Shown piece by piece: positions 9,615 to 19,355 of a DNA stretch of 64,000 nt (positions within the stretch are counted from its first letter, which is position 1; each line of letters starts with the position of its first letter). The notes beneath the pieces were generated by a model. It saw only the letters and a program-made list of their open reading frames with translations. It made no database searches and had not been told where the DNA came from. The position numbers and the translations under genes were made by a program. The DNA lies in NCBI GenBank assembly GCA_002482505.1, contig DLGD01000007.1, positions 67,258-131,257 on the forward strand, given 5' to 3'. The DNA comes from Christensenella sp. UBA7703. Its GTDB lineage: Bacteria > Bacillota > Clostridia > Christensenellales > CAG-138.

Positions 9615-10427
9615 CTATGGTTTGCTGGGATATTTGCCAACGAGCTGAATGTAACCGAGCGTTCCGACCGAGGCGATCAGCTCCGCTCGATAGCGCGCAC
9701 CCGCAGCCGTTGTGCTCTCATAGACCGTTCTGCGCTCCTCGCCGGAGAGTGATGCCAGAAACGCCTCGCAGCTCTCCTTCGAAGTCGTCGGCGTTTTCGC
9801 TTTTTTCGCGCCGCCACCGCTCTTTTTATACTGCGCAAAGAGCGCAAGCGCGGCCGAATACGCCTTGTCAAACGCATCCTGCCTTGCAGAAGCATTGAAT
9901 TTCTGCGCTTCCAGTGAACGATCCTGTTCACTGTCCACGCCGTCGAGCACATATTTTGAAAGCGTCGCGCCGTAGTCCGCTTCAATCGCGGCAATGTCGC
10001 CTGCCTCCGCGTTCTGTTGGCGGTTCTTAACATCGGTCACGTACGTGCTTGCGCCCATTCCGCGTGCAATCGCGTCCGCATCCAGATTTGCTTTGTTCTG
10101 GCGTGTTTGCGTTTGGCGGTTCACGATTGCCTGCTCGTAGCTTGGGCGGAGCCACGCGGCAACCGAAATGCGAATCTCCTCCTCGTCTCGCGCGTCATAT
10201 TCCACCTCCTGCGGGGCAAAACGGGAATACATCTCATCGACATATCCGCTCAGCACATCCTCGTCGCTGATCGCGGGCTCCGATTCCGGGGCGCTGTATG
10301 GCGTGTATGGTGCCAGAATCTTATTGGGCAACACAGCACCGCTGTTGTGCAATCCGTTCGGGTCCTGAAACCGTGGTATCTTGATTCTATTCACAATGTT
10401 TATTCTCCTTTCTTTCGTCTTATTCAA
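9615..10427 (-). CDS. hypothetical protein, last gene of the phage-like module
   Basis: 270-aa ORF that overlaps the upstream gene by 8 nt, suggesting coupling. No motif recognised. Confidence 0.55.
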   Translation of the reverse strand: MNKTKERRINIVNRIKIPRFQDPNGLHNSGAVLPNKILAPYTPYSAPESEPAISDEDVLSGYVDEMYSRFAPQEVEYDARDEEEIRISVAAWLRPSYEQAIVNRQTQTRQNKANLDADAIARGMGASTYVTDVKNRQQNAEAGDIAAIEADYGATLSKYVLDGVDSEQDRSLEAQKFNASARQDAFDKAYSAALALFAQYKKSGGGAKKAKTPTTSKESCEAFLASLSGEERRTVYESTTAAGARYRAELIASVGTLGYIQLVGKYPSKP

Positions 10428-10608
10428 CCGTGGAGAGATAGTCTTCCAGCTCCAACAGTTTCTGGTAAAGCGTTTCCAAATTCTGGTTTAGGTTGCTTTC
10501 GTTTTGCGCAACAGAGATGTCGTAGTCCTCTGTGGAAGCACTTTCACCTGCTTTTCGGGAAAAATAGACCGGGAACAGTGCTTGAACGCCTGTCTTTTCG
10601 TATGCCAT
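10420..10608 (-). CDS. small hypothetical protein (phage-like module)
   Basis: 62-aa ORF packed between module genes with an overlapping stop/start. Acidic and helical. Confidence 0.45.
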   Translation of the reverse strand: MAYEKTGVQALFPVYFSRKAGESASTEDYDISVAQNESNLNQNLETLYQKLLELEDYLSTVE

Positions 10609-10629
10609 GGTGTTTTCCTCCCTGTTTAG

Positions 10630-12063
10630 TTAAAGCACACGGCGCTGCAAATCTAGGATGAGCTCTACGCCGCCGTCAATCGTAACATGCGAACCGTTAA
10701 CATTTCGAAACACAAGCTGAAACGCGCGTCCGTCACCGTTGAGCCCAAGCTCCAGTATTCGCTCGCTTCCTCCGGGCATCAGCCGCTCGTTGTAGACGGT
10801 TCCGCTTTCGGTGACTGCCTCCACAGAGAGAATCCCCCCACTGCCGCGCAGATATAGCTCCTCCAGCCGTTTATTGACCGCTTTGCTGTCGAGGTCGGTC
10901 ATTGGCGTTTTCCAGTAGGCGTCGATCCGCGCGCCGTCATAGGTGTCCCCTTCCTCAAACCGGCAGACGAATCCGTTCCCATCCAGCAAGTAAAGCGTGC
11001 CACCCGCCGCATATAACCCGCGTGCCTGAAACCCGCGCCGGATCATATATGTGCCGTGCGCAAGGTCGTAGATTAAAATCGCGTTGTTGCCCGTTTCGCC
11101 TGCGCCTTCACTACAGGCGAAATAGAGCCGATCCCCGCGCACGGCGGCTACGCAGTTGGAAAGCGTTGCGCTCTGCAAAAGAAGCTGTACCTTGTCCGCA
11201 TCCGCCTTTCTTTGCACCGTCTGCCCGTCGAAATAGTACATCCCGCCCTGCGTGAGAAAATAGAGAACATCTCCCGCGCGAACACAGGCCGTGTGGACAG
11301 GCTGCTGCATGGTGCCGTTGACGGGCTGGATGCGAAAATTTCCCGGCCGGTCGCCGAGCAGGCGATAGAGCGAATCCCGCTTGAAGATCAGGAGTTGGTT
11401 ACTCAGCGCAAATAGTCCGGTGATCGGATCCGATCCGGTGCCAACCTCCACAAACCCGCCGCTAACGTTTTCGCTCTCCACAGCAGAAGTCCAGTTTTCA
11501 ATGGTGCGCGTATCGCCCGGCGCCTGACTGTAATACAATCGGTTCGGATTTTGCACATCTCCCGCCGCAAAAAGGCGCGAGTAGTAGAACTCCACAAAGT
11601 TCACCGCCATGTCGGAGAGCCCTTCCGCGCTGCCGAATGCTTCCGCCGTTTCGCTTACGCCGTCCCATTTCGCCATCCGCGCAGTGCCGTTTGCAATCAG
11701 CAGATACTCCGTGCTTGCAATCTTTACAGGTAAAAAATCATACTGCGCAAGAGTTGCGACGGTGCCAAATTCGTAAAGCTTTTTCCAAGCACCTGCCGAT
11801 TCATCCAGCACAAAGAGCGTTCCGCCCGTTGCAATCAGCAGTTTTCTCTCCTCCGCTCGCCGCCAGACGTAGAGCCGGCGTGCTTCCTCCGGTGCCGGGA
11901 ACGCCGTTTCGCTTTCGCGCACATATCCTTTTGCCACGCTGAGCCTGCCGTTTTGCGTGTCCATATTGCAGGCGTCCGGGCTCTCCCCGTCGTTCTGGCG
12001 GTTTTCCGTTATATTTTGCGCGATACCGTAGAAGACCGGGATGCGATACTGCCGCAATGCCAT
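10630..12063 (-). CDS. hypothetical virion-type protein, beta-propeller-like repeats (possible nozzle/tail-hub analogue)
   Basis: 477 aa with repeated hydrophobic-G-G/D-x-LY(F/L) strand patterns (GGTLFVLD, GDRLYFAC, GGTLYLLDG). It lies downstream of the head genes. The function is inferred. Confidence 0.5.
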   Translation of the reverse strand: MALRQYRIPVFYGIAQNITENRQNDGESPDACNMDTQNGRLSVAKGYVRESETAFPAPEEARRLYVWRRAEERKLLIATGGTLFVLDESAGAWKKLYEFGTVATLAQYDFLPVKIASTEYLLIANGTARMAKWDGVSETAEAFGSAEGLSDMAVNFVEFYYSRLFAAGDVQNPNRLYYSQAPGDTRTIENWTSAVESENVSGGFVEVGTGSDPITGLFALSNQLLIFKRDSLYRLLGDRPGNFRIQPVNGTMQQPVHTACVRAGDVLYFLTQGGMYYFDGQTVQRKADADKVQLLLQSATLSNCVAAVRGDRLYFACSEGAGETGNNAILIYDLAHGTYMIRRGFQARGLYAAGGTLYLLDGNGFVCRFEEGDTYDGARIDAYWKTPMTDLDSKAVNKRLEELYLRGSGGILSVEAVTESGTVYNERLMPGGSERILELGLNGDGRAFQLVFRNVNGSHVTIDGGVELILDLQRRVL

Positions 12064-12078
12064 GTTTGCGCCTCCTCT

Positions 12079-12621
12079 CTATCGGTTTTCAATCGCATAT
12101 GCGTCAAGCTCGCCGCGGTGCGCTCGCATCATACGCTTTGCCGCGTTGTAGAGTTCAAAACAGGCACGTGCAGAGGCAATGCTGCCTGCGTCGCCGCTTG
12201 CCCGCTCGCGCCCTACCGCATAGCCAATCATGGCTCCATGACACCATTCCGGCAGTTCTGGCACATCGGTGTCCACTTTGAGCGGTGTTGGCATGTAGCG
12301 ATAGGTCACGAGGAGTTCACCGTCCGAGACGGCGGGCACGTGCAGCAGCTCTGTGTTTGCCCCGTAATAAAACGGCAGCCGCGTGCCTGTGCGCGAGAGT
12401 GCAATCACTTTTACCACACTCCTTGGCAATGTCGAGAGGTTGACAACACCGCCGGCTAGCTGCAACGTGTCGCTCCGGCGCGGCTGTAGCTCGCTCGTGA
12501 GGTCGATCATCGCGTCGTTGAGATATCGCGTGAGCTTGTCTCGCCAGCTTTCCAGGGTTTGTGCGTCGGTTCCGCGGTCGAGCTGCAGGAGCGCGCCCGT
12601 GAGTAGTTCTTTGAGCGTCAT
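12079..12621 (-). CDS. hypothetical protein, possible head-tail adaptor (positional)
   Basis: 180-aa ORF downstream of the capsid gene, as expected for a connector. No motif recognised. Confidence 0.45.
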   Translation of the reverse strand: MTLKELLTGALLQLDRGTDAQTLESWRDKLTRYLNDAMIDLTSELQPRRSDTLQLAGGVVNLSTLPRSVVKVIALSRTGTRLPFYYGANTELLHVPAVSDGELLVTYRYMPTPLKVDTDVPELPEWCHGAMIGYAVGRERASGDAGSIASARACFELYNAAKRMMRAHRGELDAYAIENR

Positions 12622-12636
12622 GCATGTGCCCTCCTT

Positions 12637-12915
12637 TTACGAAACCTTCTTGCCGCCGCTCTTGCGGTAGGCGCGTACTCTTGCGTCACTCTCATAGCGC
12701 ACCTGGGCGCTCTGGGCAATGAGTGTGGCAAGGCTCTGCGGGACTTCTACCTGTTCGCCGGTGCGGATGCGGAAAAAATGCCCGTTGATACCGCCTTCCC
12801 AGTGAGATTCACCATTTTCCGGCTGAATCGTGATGGTGATCTTGTCCTCTTTTGCAAGGGCTTTCCCTGTCTCGGTGGATATACTGTCGATCTGCGCTTC
12901 TGTCATGTACTGCAT
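12637..12915 (-). CDS. small hypothetical protein (phage-like module)
   Basis: 92-aa ORF immediately downstream of the major capsid gene. Confidence 0.5.
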   Translation of the reverse strand: MQYMTEAQIDSISTETGKALAKEDKITITIQPENGESHWEGGINGHFFRIRTGEQVEVPQSLATLIAQSAQVRYESDARVRAYRKSGGKKVS

Positions 12916-13001
12916 GGTTGTATTCTCCTTTATGCTTTTGTTTTTCGTGTTTTAAAGTGTGGGGAGAGCGTCTCCGCCCTCCCCGCTTCGCTCTCCGCAG
13001 G

Positions 13002-14213
13002 TTACAAGCTTACGCCATGCTCTACGCGCACAATCCAAAGATTGTTGAGAATTTTCGCCGTAAAGGCGGCAACCTTTGCGCCGACCGTCGCGCGCTGATC
13101 CAGCGGATCGGAGGCTCCGCCGCTGCCGACGGGTTTCACGATGGTCTGCAGGCAGCCTTCGCCGTCTACGTCGATGATGCCGTAGGCATCCGCACCGAAG
13201 ACGAGCGTCGCGTGGATGTCTGTCCCATTCTTCGTGGTGTTTTCGATGATGCCCGCGTCCTCACTGTATACGACGGTGCCCGCAGCAATCGCGCCGGAGA
13301 CCGTCGCGCTGAGAGTGACGGTTTTCGCTCCGGCATCGCAGGATGCAACGGTATACTCTGTCGAGCCGATCTTAATCTTTGCGCCCGCGATGAGAAAGAG
13401 CGCTGCCGAATCGGAGATGTCTGCAAGGGTCACAACCGCGCTGCCCGCCGTATGCGCAGAAACGGTGGTGTGCACGCTCTGGCCGAACACTTTCGCTTCG
13501 GTGCTTTCGACAAAGACCACACCAAAGAGCCTGCCGATTTCGCCGGAATAGATCTGTTCCATGTCGGAATACTTGGAAACATCCTGCCAAAGCGGATCGC
13601 TCTGGAGGTCATAGGTCGCGTCGGGCGAGCAGATGCACACAAAGTGCGGTTTGCGCACCATGCCGCCATCCACGTTGTTGAACATGCGTGCCTTCGCCTT
13701 TTTCAGCGAACGAACGGCTTTGCGGATCTCGGTGACGGTGAGCTTGTCGCCCGCTTCGAGCGAGAGACGGTTCGTCTTGCCGTTTGCATACTGCACGTTG
13801 GTGCCGGCACACATCGCGTCCCGCGTGATCCATTCCACAACGGTACCGAGCTGCTCGCCGAGCAATTCCGTGCTCTCTGTGAGAACGGGGTCATAGCTGG
13901 TCAGGTCGAGCAGATCGCTGACCTCGACATATGCGCCGTATTGCTTGACTTCCGCCTCGATCTTGCTCTGCGCAAGGCTCTGGCCTGCCGGGGTGACGCC
14001 TTCTTCCAGCACCAGTGCATTTGCGTCCGGCGTGAAGAGTTCATAGCGGCGGAATTCAACGCGCTTGCCGCTGTTTCTGGGGATGCTGCGTTTCTGGCCG
14101 TAGCTTGCGTGCACGAGCCGCGTCTTTGCGATCTCGAGCAGTGCTTTGTCATAGAACGTCTTGTTGCTGTAGGTGGTTCCTGCGGTGTTCACCGTGGTGT
14201 TGCTGTTGCTCAT
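13002..14213 (-). CDS. major capsid protein (N4-gp56-like / HK97-fold family)
   Basis: 403 aa. The N-terminus (NKTFYDKALLEIAKTRLVHASYGQKRSIPRNSGKRVEFRRYE) is typical of this MCP family. It sits after the scaffold and portal genes. Confidence 0.7.
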   Translation of the reverse strand: MSNSNTTVNTAGTTYSNKTFYDKALLEIAKTRLVHASYGQKRSIPRNSGKRVEFRRYELFTPDANALVLEEGVTPAGQSLAQSKIEAEVKQYGAYVEVSDLLDLTSYDPVLTESTELLGEQLGTVVEWITRDAMCAGTNVQYANGKTNRLSLEAGDKLTVTEIRKAVRSLKKAKARMFNNVDGGMVRKPHFVCICSPDATYDLQSDPLWQDVSKYSDMEQIYSGEIGRLFGVVFVESTEAKVFGQSVHTTVSAHTAGSAVVTLADISDSAALFLIAGAKIKIGSTEYTVASCDAGAKTVTLSATVSGAIAAGTVVYSEDAGIIENTTKNGTDIHATLVFGADAYGIIDVDGEGCLQTIVKPVGSGGASDPLDQRATVGAKVAAFTAKILNNLWIVRVEHGVSL

Positions 14214-14232
14214 GTTGTTTGCCTCCTATTGT

Positions 14233-14667
14233 TTAGAGTCTGGTCTTGCCGCCGTCGCGGGCGGTCTTTTTCATCTGCTGCATGAGCTGGCGAAATGATT
14301 CGCTGCTCATGCCGTGATAGTTGGTCGCGGCTGGTGCCGCGCTGCCGCCGCGCGTGCTCTTGGGCAGCTGGCTGCGTTCGCGGACGCGTGCGCTCATGCG
14401 CTCCATCGCGCTATCCTCTGCGTCCTGTGCGCGTTGTTCCGCGGCGTAAATACGGATTCCTGCATTCGCGCCGTATTCATACATCAACTGAAGCAACGCG
14501 GGGTCTTTTGCCGCTGTCTCCATGTCAAACCCGTCGGGCAGCTTCCCCTCCTGCATCAGCACGGAGACTTCGTCCACCATCGCTTCAAACTCCGGGTCTT
14601 TTTCCGCGTTCATCGCGGGTTTCTTTGCGTTTGCGGCGTCCAGCCGCTGCTGAATCGTGTTTTTCAT
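14233..14667 (-). CDS. putative scaffolding protein
   Basis: 144-aa helical, charged protein located between the portal and MCP genes. Confidence 0.5.
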   Translation of the reverse strand: MKNTIQQRLDAANAKKPAMNAEKDPEFEAMVDEVSVLMQEGKLPDGFDMETAAKDPALLQLMYEYGANAGIRIYAAEQRAQDAEDSAMERMSARVRERSQLPKSTRGGSAAPAATNYHGMSSESFRQLMQQMKKTARDGGKTRL

Positions 14668-14672
14668 TGGGT

Positions 14673-16307
14673 TTATGCCATCCTTCCTGCTTTTCCTGCC
14701 GTCGACGGCAGCGCCTGTTGCTGTTGTTTCGCGAGCGCTTCCGTCTTCTCGCTCTGTTCTCTTAGTTGTTTGAGCAGTTGATCCTTGCCTTCGAATACCA
14801 TGAGTTCCACGGCTTGCGCGGGCGTCATCATGCCGCTTTGCAGCATTCGAAGCGCCAGCTCGTTCTGGCTCATCGCGGAATACTTTGTCTCCTGCTGCGC
14901 CTTGACCGAAATATAGAATTCAATCGGCAGCATCGCGTTGCCGGGCGCTTTTCGCACGAGCAGTGCGCTTTCAAACGTGCATTCTTTGAGTTTGCCGTCG
15001 ATGGTCACGTTCACGCGCCGCATAAAGAAGTTGAACTCCCGCTCGACTTCGATTTCAAGACGCACCGCGTCCCTAAAGCTTTCGTGCAGCAGCCGCGCCA
15101 TCATCCGCGCTCGCTTGTTGCTCATCTCCTGCATCGCCGCGATGGCGGAGGCAGCGGTCACGCCGCCGTTTGTCGTCCCGCGTGAAAAATCGTTGGCTCC
15201 GCTCTCTTGCTTGATGCTCTCGCGGATGCGGTCGATGTAGCCGATGATATAGGCGGGCAGCGGCGGTGTAGAAAACCACGTCACTCCGCTGAGGCTTTCG
15301 CCACGGTGTACTTCACGGCTCCAGTCGCGCAGATCCTCCGTGTCAAACCCGCTGGCCTCGGTGACGAGCAGCTTGTTGTGGCTCGCCATCAGCGCGTTTT
15401 TGAGCACGATCTGGTCGAGCTTGTCCGCGTAGCGCTGCTGCGTTTCAAACATGTCCACGAGGCCGAGACCGAGGCAGGAACCCTTTCGCACGAACATCGG
15501 CGTAATCAGGAAGGGATACATCCCGTGCTCAAAGAGCCCGTCAGGTTTTGTGTCGCGGCTATCCGTGAGCACCTGATTACCCGCAATCTGCGCCATGTGA
15601 ATGCTGGAGTGTTCGGTTTCCGCGTCGTACTCGCGCCACCAATACTCCAAAAAGAGCATTGCGCCGTTGCGGTCTCCGTGCAGAATTCCGTCCTCGACAG
15701 CATCCGGCGTACCGAACGCATCCGCCCTGAGAAACGGTGCGCTGGCAGGAAAGCGGGACTGGATGAATTCGCGCGTTTTGAGCGAAATCTTGAATACCGC
15801 GCGGCTTTCCTGCGCATCCGTCGCCAGCGGGTCAAAGAGAATGCTCCTCGCGTCCACATGGCGGATAAATGCGCCGCCAAGCCCGGCATTGAGGGTGTTG
15901 TCGTAGCCGACTTCCTGCACGCAGTAGCCGCCGACCAGCATGTCGTGCACGAGCTTGCGGTACTCCTTCACGTAACCGTCTGCGTCGTGGTTTTGTCGGA
16001 TGATGGCTTCGATGACGTGCGCCACCTCCGTGTCCTTCGGGCTTTCGGGCAGAATCACCGCCTCCGGTACGCGATCCATGAGCTCTGCTTTGATGTTCTC
16101 CACCGTGCTTTGGATAATCGGCGTCACGGGGCGCGGTTCGTTGCGGTCAAGCTGCGGCACATCGTGCCAGTGATCCCCGCGATACATCCGTTCGCAGTTC
16201 TCCAGTCGCTGCCATTCGGAGACATATGCCCCGCGAAACTCGCGGAAGAGCTCATACGCCTTCTCGCAGAGAGCGCGCTTTGCCTGCCCTTGTTCTGTTC
16301 CTTTCAT
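14673..16307 (-). CDS. phage portal protein
   Basis: 544 aa, directly downstream of TerL. Size and acidic/helical core are portal-like. Confidence 0.7.
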   Translation of the reverse strand: MKGTEQGQAKRALCEKAYELFREFRGAYVSEWQRLENCERMYRGDHWHDVPQLDRNEPRPVTPIIQSTVENIKAELMDRVPEAVILPESPKDTEVAHVIEAIIRQNHDADGYVKEYRKLVHDMLVGGYCVQEVGYDNTLNAGLGGAFIRHVDARSILFDPLATDAQESRAVFKISLKTREFIQSRFPASAPFLRADAFGTPDAVEDGILHGDRNGAMLFLEYWWREYDAETEHSSIHMAQIAGNQVLTDSRDTKPDGLFEHGMYPFLITPMFVRKGSCLGLGLVDMFETQQRYADKLDQIVLKNALMASHNKLLVTEASGFDTEDLRDWSREVHRGESLSGVTWFSTPPLPAYIIGYIDRIRESIKQESGANDFSRGTTNGGVTAASAIAAMQEMSNKRARMMARLLHESFRDAVRLEIEVEREFNFFMRRVNVTIDGKLKECTFESALLVRKAPGNAMLPIEFYISVKAQQETKYSAMSQNELALRMLQSGMMTPAQAVELMVFEGKDQLLKQLREQSEKTEALAKQQQQALPSTAGKAGRMA

Positions 16308-16336
16308 GTGTATTTCCTCCTTGGGGTATTACCCGT

Positions 16337-17683
16337 TTACAATCTGGTGAATCCGTCCGCATGCATCTCGCCGGTTGCAAACGGGTCATAGGCGCGCGCC
16401 TTCTTTTTCTTCGGCTCGCTCGTGGCGGATGGCCTCGACATCAGCCCGTAGCGGAGCGCTTCCGGCGCGTGGTCCTCGCAGTGGGAGCCGACGTCTTCGA
16501 CGAAGTGTTCGTCAAAGGTCAGCATTGGCAGCGTTCGAATCAGATTTTCGCAGTTGCGAAAGATCAATAGCTTCGGCTGTCCGTCGTCTCCGTCGCTTAA
16601 GTATTCGCGGACGCGCTGCCAGCCGGGGATTCTGGCGTTGTCCGCGCGGATGAGCGGCACGCCGCCGTGTGCGAACACCTCTGCAATGCTCATGCCGCCG
16701 ATGTCCCCGCTTGCGCTCATGCCACAGTTTTGCCAGGCATCCGGCGAGGCAGTGGTATATGCAATCTTCTCGTCACCCGTGAGTTGACGGATGCGCCGTG
16801 TTGTCTCGCTGGAGAGCACCTGGCGTTCATAATATTCGCGATAGGCATACACCCGCCCGCCGGGTGAAACCGCAAACCAGAGTACCGCGCAGGGATCGTT
16901 GTAACCCCAGTCCATTGCGCGGAATCTGCGCCACGATTTCGAGAGTTCAAACGGCTCAATCACGTGCCGCTCTCTCGAGAACTCGCCGAAGTACTGCCCC
17001 GCCAACACGTCCCAGTCCCCGTCTAGGTGGGCGCGCCTCAGCGGCTCCGGCAAATTCTCGAGGATGATTAGGTAGGACTTGTCCCGCATCAGAACCGGAT
17101 TGTCCGTCACGCGCGCCGGAATGAAAACGTAATCCTCCGCCGTTTCGCTTGCGCGATAGTTGCGGTCGATGAAGAGTCGTTTGACCCATGTGTGCCCCAC
17201 GCCGCCGGGATTACATGTGTAGTACATGCGCGGCGAGAAGTCCGTTCGCACCGAGCGGTTGCAGGTCGAGATGAACTGCATCTGGCTCTCGGTAAACTGG
17301 GTCGCTTCCTCCAATCCGATCACGTCGTATTCCTGCCCCTGATAGCGGTATACGTCATGCTCATTGTCGCAATAACCGAGTTTGATGCGGCTGCCGTTCG
17401 GAAACGTGAATACGCGTTGCGTTTGGTTGTAGTCAACAAACCCTGATAATTCCGTCTGCAGAGACCGCACATGGTTTTCGGTCAACTCCGAGAGCGTTCT
17501 TCGGAGCAGAAGGAGTTGGAGTCCTTCGTAGTGGAGGGCGAGTAGCACGAGCTTTCTTCGCATGGCCCAGCTTTTACCGCCGCCGCGCGCGCCGCCATAT
17601 GCGGTGTGCCGTGCCTTGCTTTCGAAAAACGCCCGCTGACGCGGATTTGGATACCCCTTTAGTTGGAATTCCACGTCACTCAC
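16337..17683 (-). CDS. terminase large subunit
   Basis: Walker A GGARGGGKSW and a C-terminal RNaseH-like nuclease region. Start proposed at the GTG overlapping the TerS stop (GTGAGTGA); the first 84 codons of the ORF-track reading overlap TerS and are Arg/Ser-rich junk. Confidence 0.8.
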   Translation of the reverse strand: MSDVEFQLKGYPNPRQRAFFESKARHTAYGGARGGGKSWAMRRKLVLLALHYEGLQLLLLRRTLSELTENHVRSLQTELSGFVDYNQTQRVFTFPNGSRIKLGYCDNEHDVYRYQGQEYDVIGLEEATQFTESQMQFISTCNRSVRTDFSPRMYYTCNPGGVGHTWVKRLFIDRNYRASETAEDYVFIPARVTDNPVLMRDKSYLIILENLPEPLRRAHLDGDWDVLAGQYFGEFSRERHVIEPFELSKSWRRFRAMDWGYNDPCAVLWFAVSPGGRVYAYREYYERQVLSSETTRRIRQLTGDEKIAYTTASPDAWQNCGMSASGDIGGMSIAEVFAHGGVPLIRADNARIPGWQRVREYLSDGDDGQPKLLIFRNCENLIRTLPMLTFDEHFVEDVGSHCEDHAPEALRYGLMSRPSATSEPKKKKARAYDPFATGEMHADGFTRL

Positions 17684-18074
17684 CCCAGCCTTCCTTGTCC
17701 TCCAGCACGATGACGATCCTGCGGTCCTCCTCGCTCGGCGGCAGTTTTTCGCCGGTGCCGAGTTCTTCCAGCAGTTTCGCGGCAACGCTGTATTGGAGTT
17801 CTCCAAGCAGCGCATGCTCCACGATGTAGCGTCCAATCCGTCGGAGTGCGTCTGCGTAAAGCTTGCACTCCGCGCCGTCACCTCCTCTTCGCCCTTTTGT
17901 GAGGATCTCGCCCTGCGGTATGGCAAGATGCTCACTCAGGCCTGCAAGCGTATACGGCGTTTGCCGGATGGTCACACTGCCGTTTTTGAGTGTGACACGT
18001 TCGGCGGTCGCATCGCATGCGGCAAAATACGCTTCCATTTTGCTCTTGAGGTTTTTTGGTTTGGACGATTCCAT
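17676..18074 (-). CDS. terminase small subunit
   Basis: The HTH-like segment YTLAGLSEHLAIPQGEI follows KMEAYFAACDA, typical of small terminases. Start set at the ATG after aggag. Confidence 0.65.
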   Translation of the reverse strand: MESSKPKNLKSKMEAYFAACDATAERVTLKNGSVTIRQTPYTLAGLSEHLAIPQGEILTKGRRGGDGAECKLYADALRRIGRYIVEHALLGELQYSVAAKLLEELGTGEKLPPSEEDRRIVIVLEDKEGWGE

Positions 18075-18361
18075 TCGATCATGCTCCTTTCTTGCGTGGC
18101 GGTGTTTGTTTCGAGGCTCTTTCCCGCCGCCGAAACCATCGTAAAGCACAAGCATCATGGAAAATTACGACAATTCCGGAAAAGTCGAATTCTTATAAAT
18201 CCGGATTTTTGCATATAAGAAAGAAGCACCCGCTCCTAAGCGTGCGTTCGTCACGCTTGGAGTCGGGCGTTTGTGTTATAATTAATTCAGTTTTTGAGTT
18301 TGGTCGGTTTATTGGATCGAAGTTGACCGACATTGCATCATCCCGAAAGGACATTATCACT

Positions 18362-18940
18362 ATGAAAAAGATTGTATCGATCGTTATTGCACTTGTGCTC
18401 ATCTTTGTTTTTGCCTCTTGCAAAAAAGCGGCGGATGAACAAGCGCAATCTGCTATTCCAACAGAAAGCGCAACCATTGCGCCAGAAAGCACTCCCGAGC
18501 CACAAGTGCAAATTCCAAATCCGATTGTCGAGGTGGAAGATTCGACCGATTTTTCCGATTTAGGCTTTATCATTACGCCGCATCAGCAGGCGGACAGTGC
18601 AAGCTATAGTATCATTGGCGGCAAAGTCGCCCAGATCATCTTCACGCTGGATGGCAAAGCCTTCACCTATCGCGGCGCGGTCACAACGGAGGATATTTCA
18701 GGCGTATATGAATCGTTCGATCCTTTGCCGCAGTCGCTCGATCTGGAAGGCCCCGGTTTTAAAGTCACCTTGGTTGTCAAAACCATCGATGGCGGCGAAA
18801 AGGGCGCGCTCGCAGAGTGGGGCTACGATGATGTGCGATATACCTTCTATACCCCGGACAAGACGAATTTTGATGATCTGACTGATGTGCTCTTGCCAAT
18901 CATCTACAACGATCTGCCGTTTGCCGTGTGCTGCGGTTGA
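18362..18940 (+). CDS. lipoprotein, function unknown
   Basis: MKKIVSIVIALVLIFVFASCKK signal peptide with lipobox. Start set at this ATG (in frame with ORF 18056). Confidence 0.7.
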   Translation: MKKIVSIVIALVLIFVFASCKKAADEQAQSAIPTESATIAPESTPEPQVQIPNPIVEVEDSTDFSDLGFIITPHQQADSASYSIIGGKVAQIIFTLDGKAFTYRGAVTTEDISGVYESFDPLPQSLDLEGPGFKVTLVVKTIDGGEKGALAEWGYDDVRYTFYTPDKTNFDDLTDVLLPIIYNDLPFAVCCG

Positions 18941-18983
18941 TCCCCGAACGATTCACAATCAACCGATCGTCTACCACCAAAAA

Positions 18984-19021
18984 CAAAAAAGCCCGAACGG
19001 CAGATACCGTTCGGGCTTTTT
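18984..19021. terminator. bidirectional rho-independent terminator
   Basis: gcccgaacgg-cagata-ccgttcgggc stem, flanked by an A-run and a T-run, between convergent genes. Confidence 0.85.
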
Positions 19022-19031
19022 GTTTTCGAGC

Positions 19032-19199
19032 TTACTCGGGCTTCGGCGCGCCAACCGGGCAAACGTCTGCGCAGTTACCGCAGTCGATGCACTTGTCGGC
19101 ATCGATCACGTAGATCGCGCCTTCGCTGATTGCTTCGGTGGGGCACTCGGGCGCGCAAGCGCCGCAAGCAATGCATTCGTCAGAAATTTTATATGCCAT
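19032..19199 (-). CDS. fdx: 2x[4Fe-4S] clostridial-type ferredoxin
   Basis: 55 aa (MAYKISDECIACGACAPECP...CIDCGNCADVCP) with two CxxCxxCxxxCP motifs. Confidence 0.9.
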   Translation of the reverse strand: MAYKISDECIACGACAPECPTEAISEGAIYVIDADKCIDCGNCADVCPVGAPKPE

Positions 19200-19355
19200 G
19201 TTTCGTTCCTCCGTGTCCAAATTTCGTAAACATTATAACACAGCGTGTGCATACGTCAACACAACGGTGTGTAAAATCAGCATCATGCTACGTTTTGTCG
19301 CAAAAGTCCCTAAAATAACACTTTTGCATCATACGTCTTCAGCATTTCTTCTCTT

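Larger units (their letters stand above)
9615..18158 (-). mobile_element. phage-like packaging/head gene module without integrase, tail-tube or lysis genes (cryptic prophage remnant, domesticated particle or capsid-forming satellite-like element)
   Basis: Ten co-oriented, tightly packed genes: TerS, TerL, portal, scaffold, MCP and five unknowns. Core genes flank both sides and GC is host-like. Confidence 0.6.

Noticed and set aside
9416-9640. 75-codon N-terminal extension of the DAG kinase ORF.
   Set aside because: The extension has no family similarity and contains no RBS. The family-typical N-terminus (MVAQLHLIWNPVAGNG) starts at 9415 behind a G-rich RBS.
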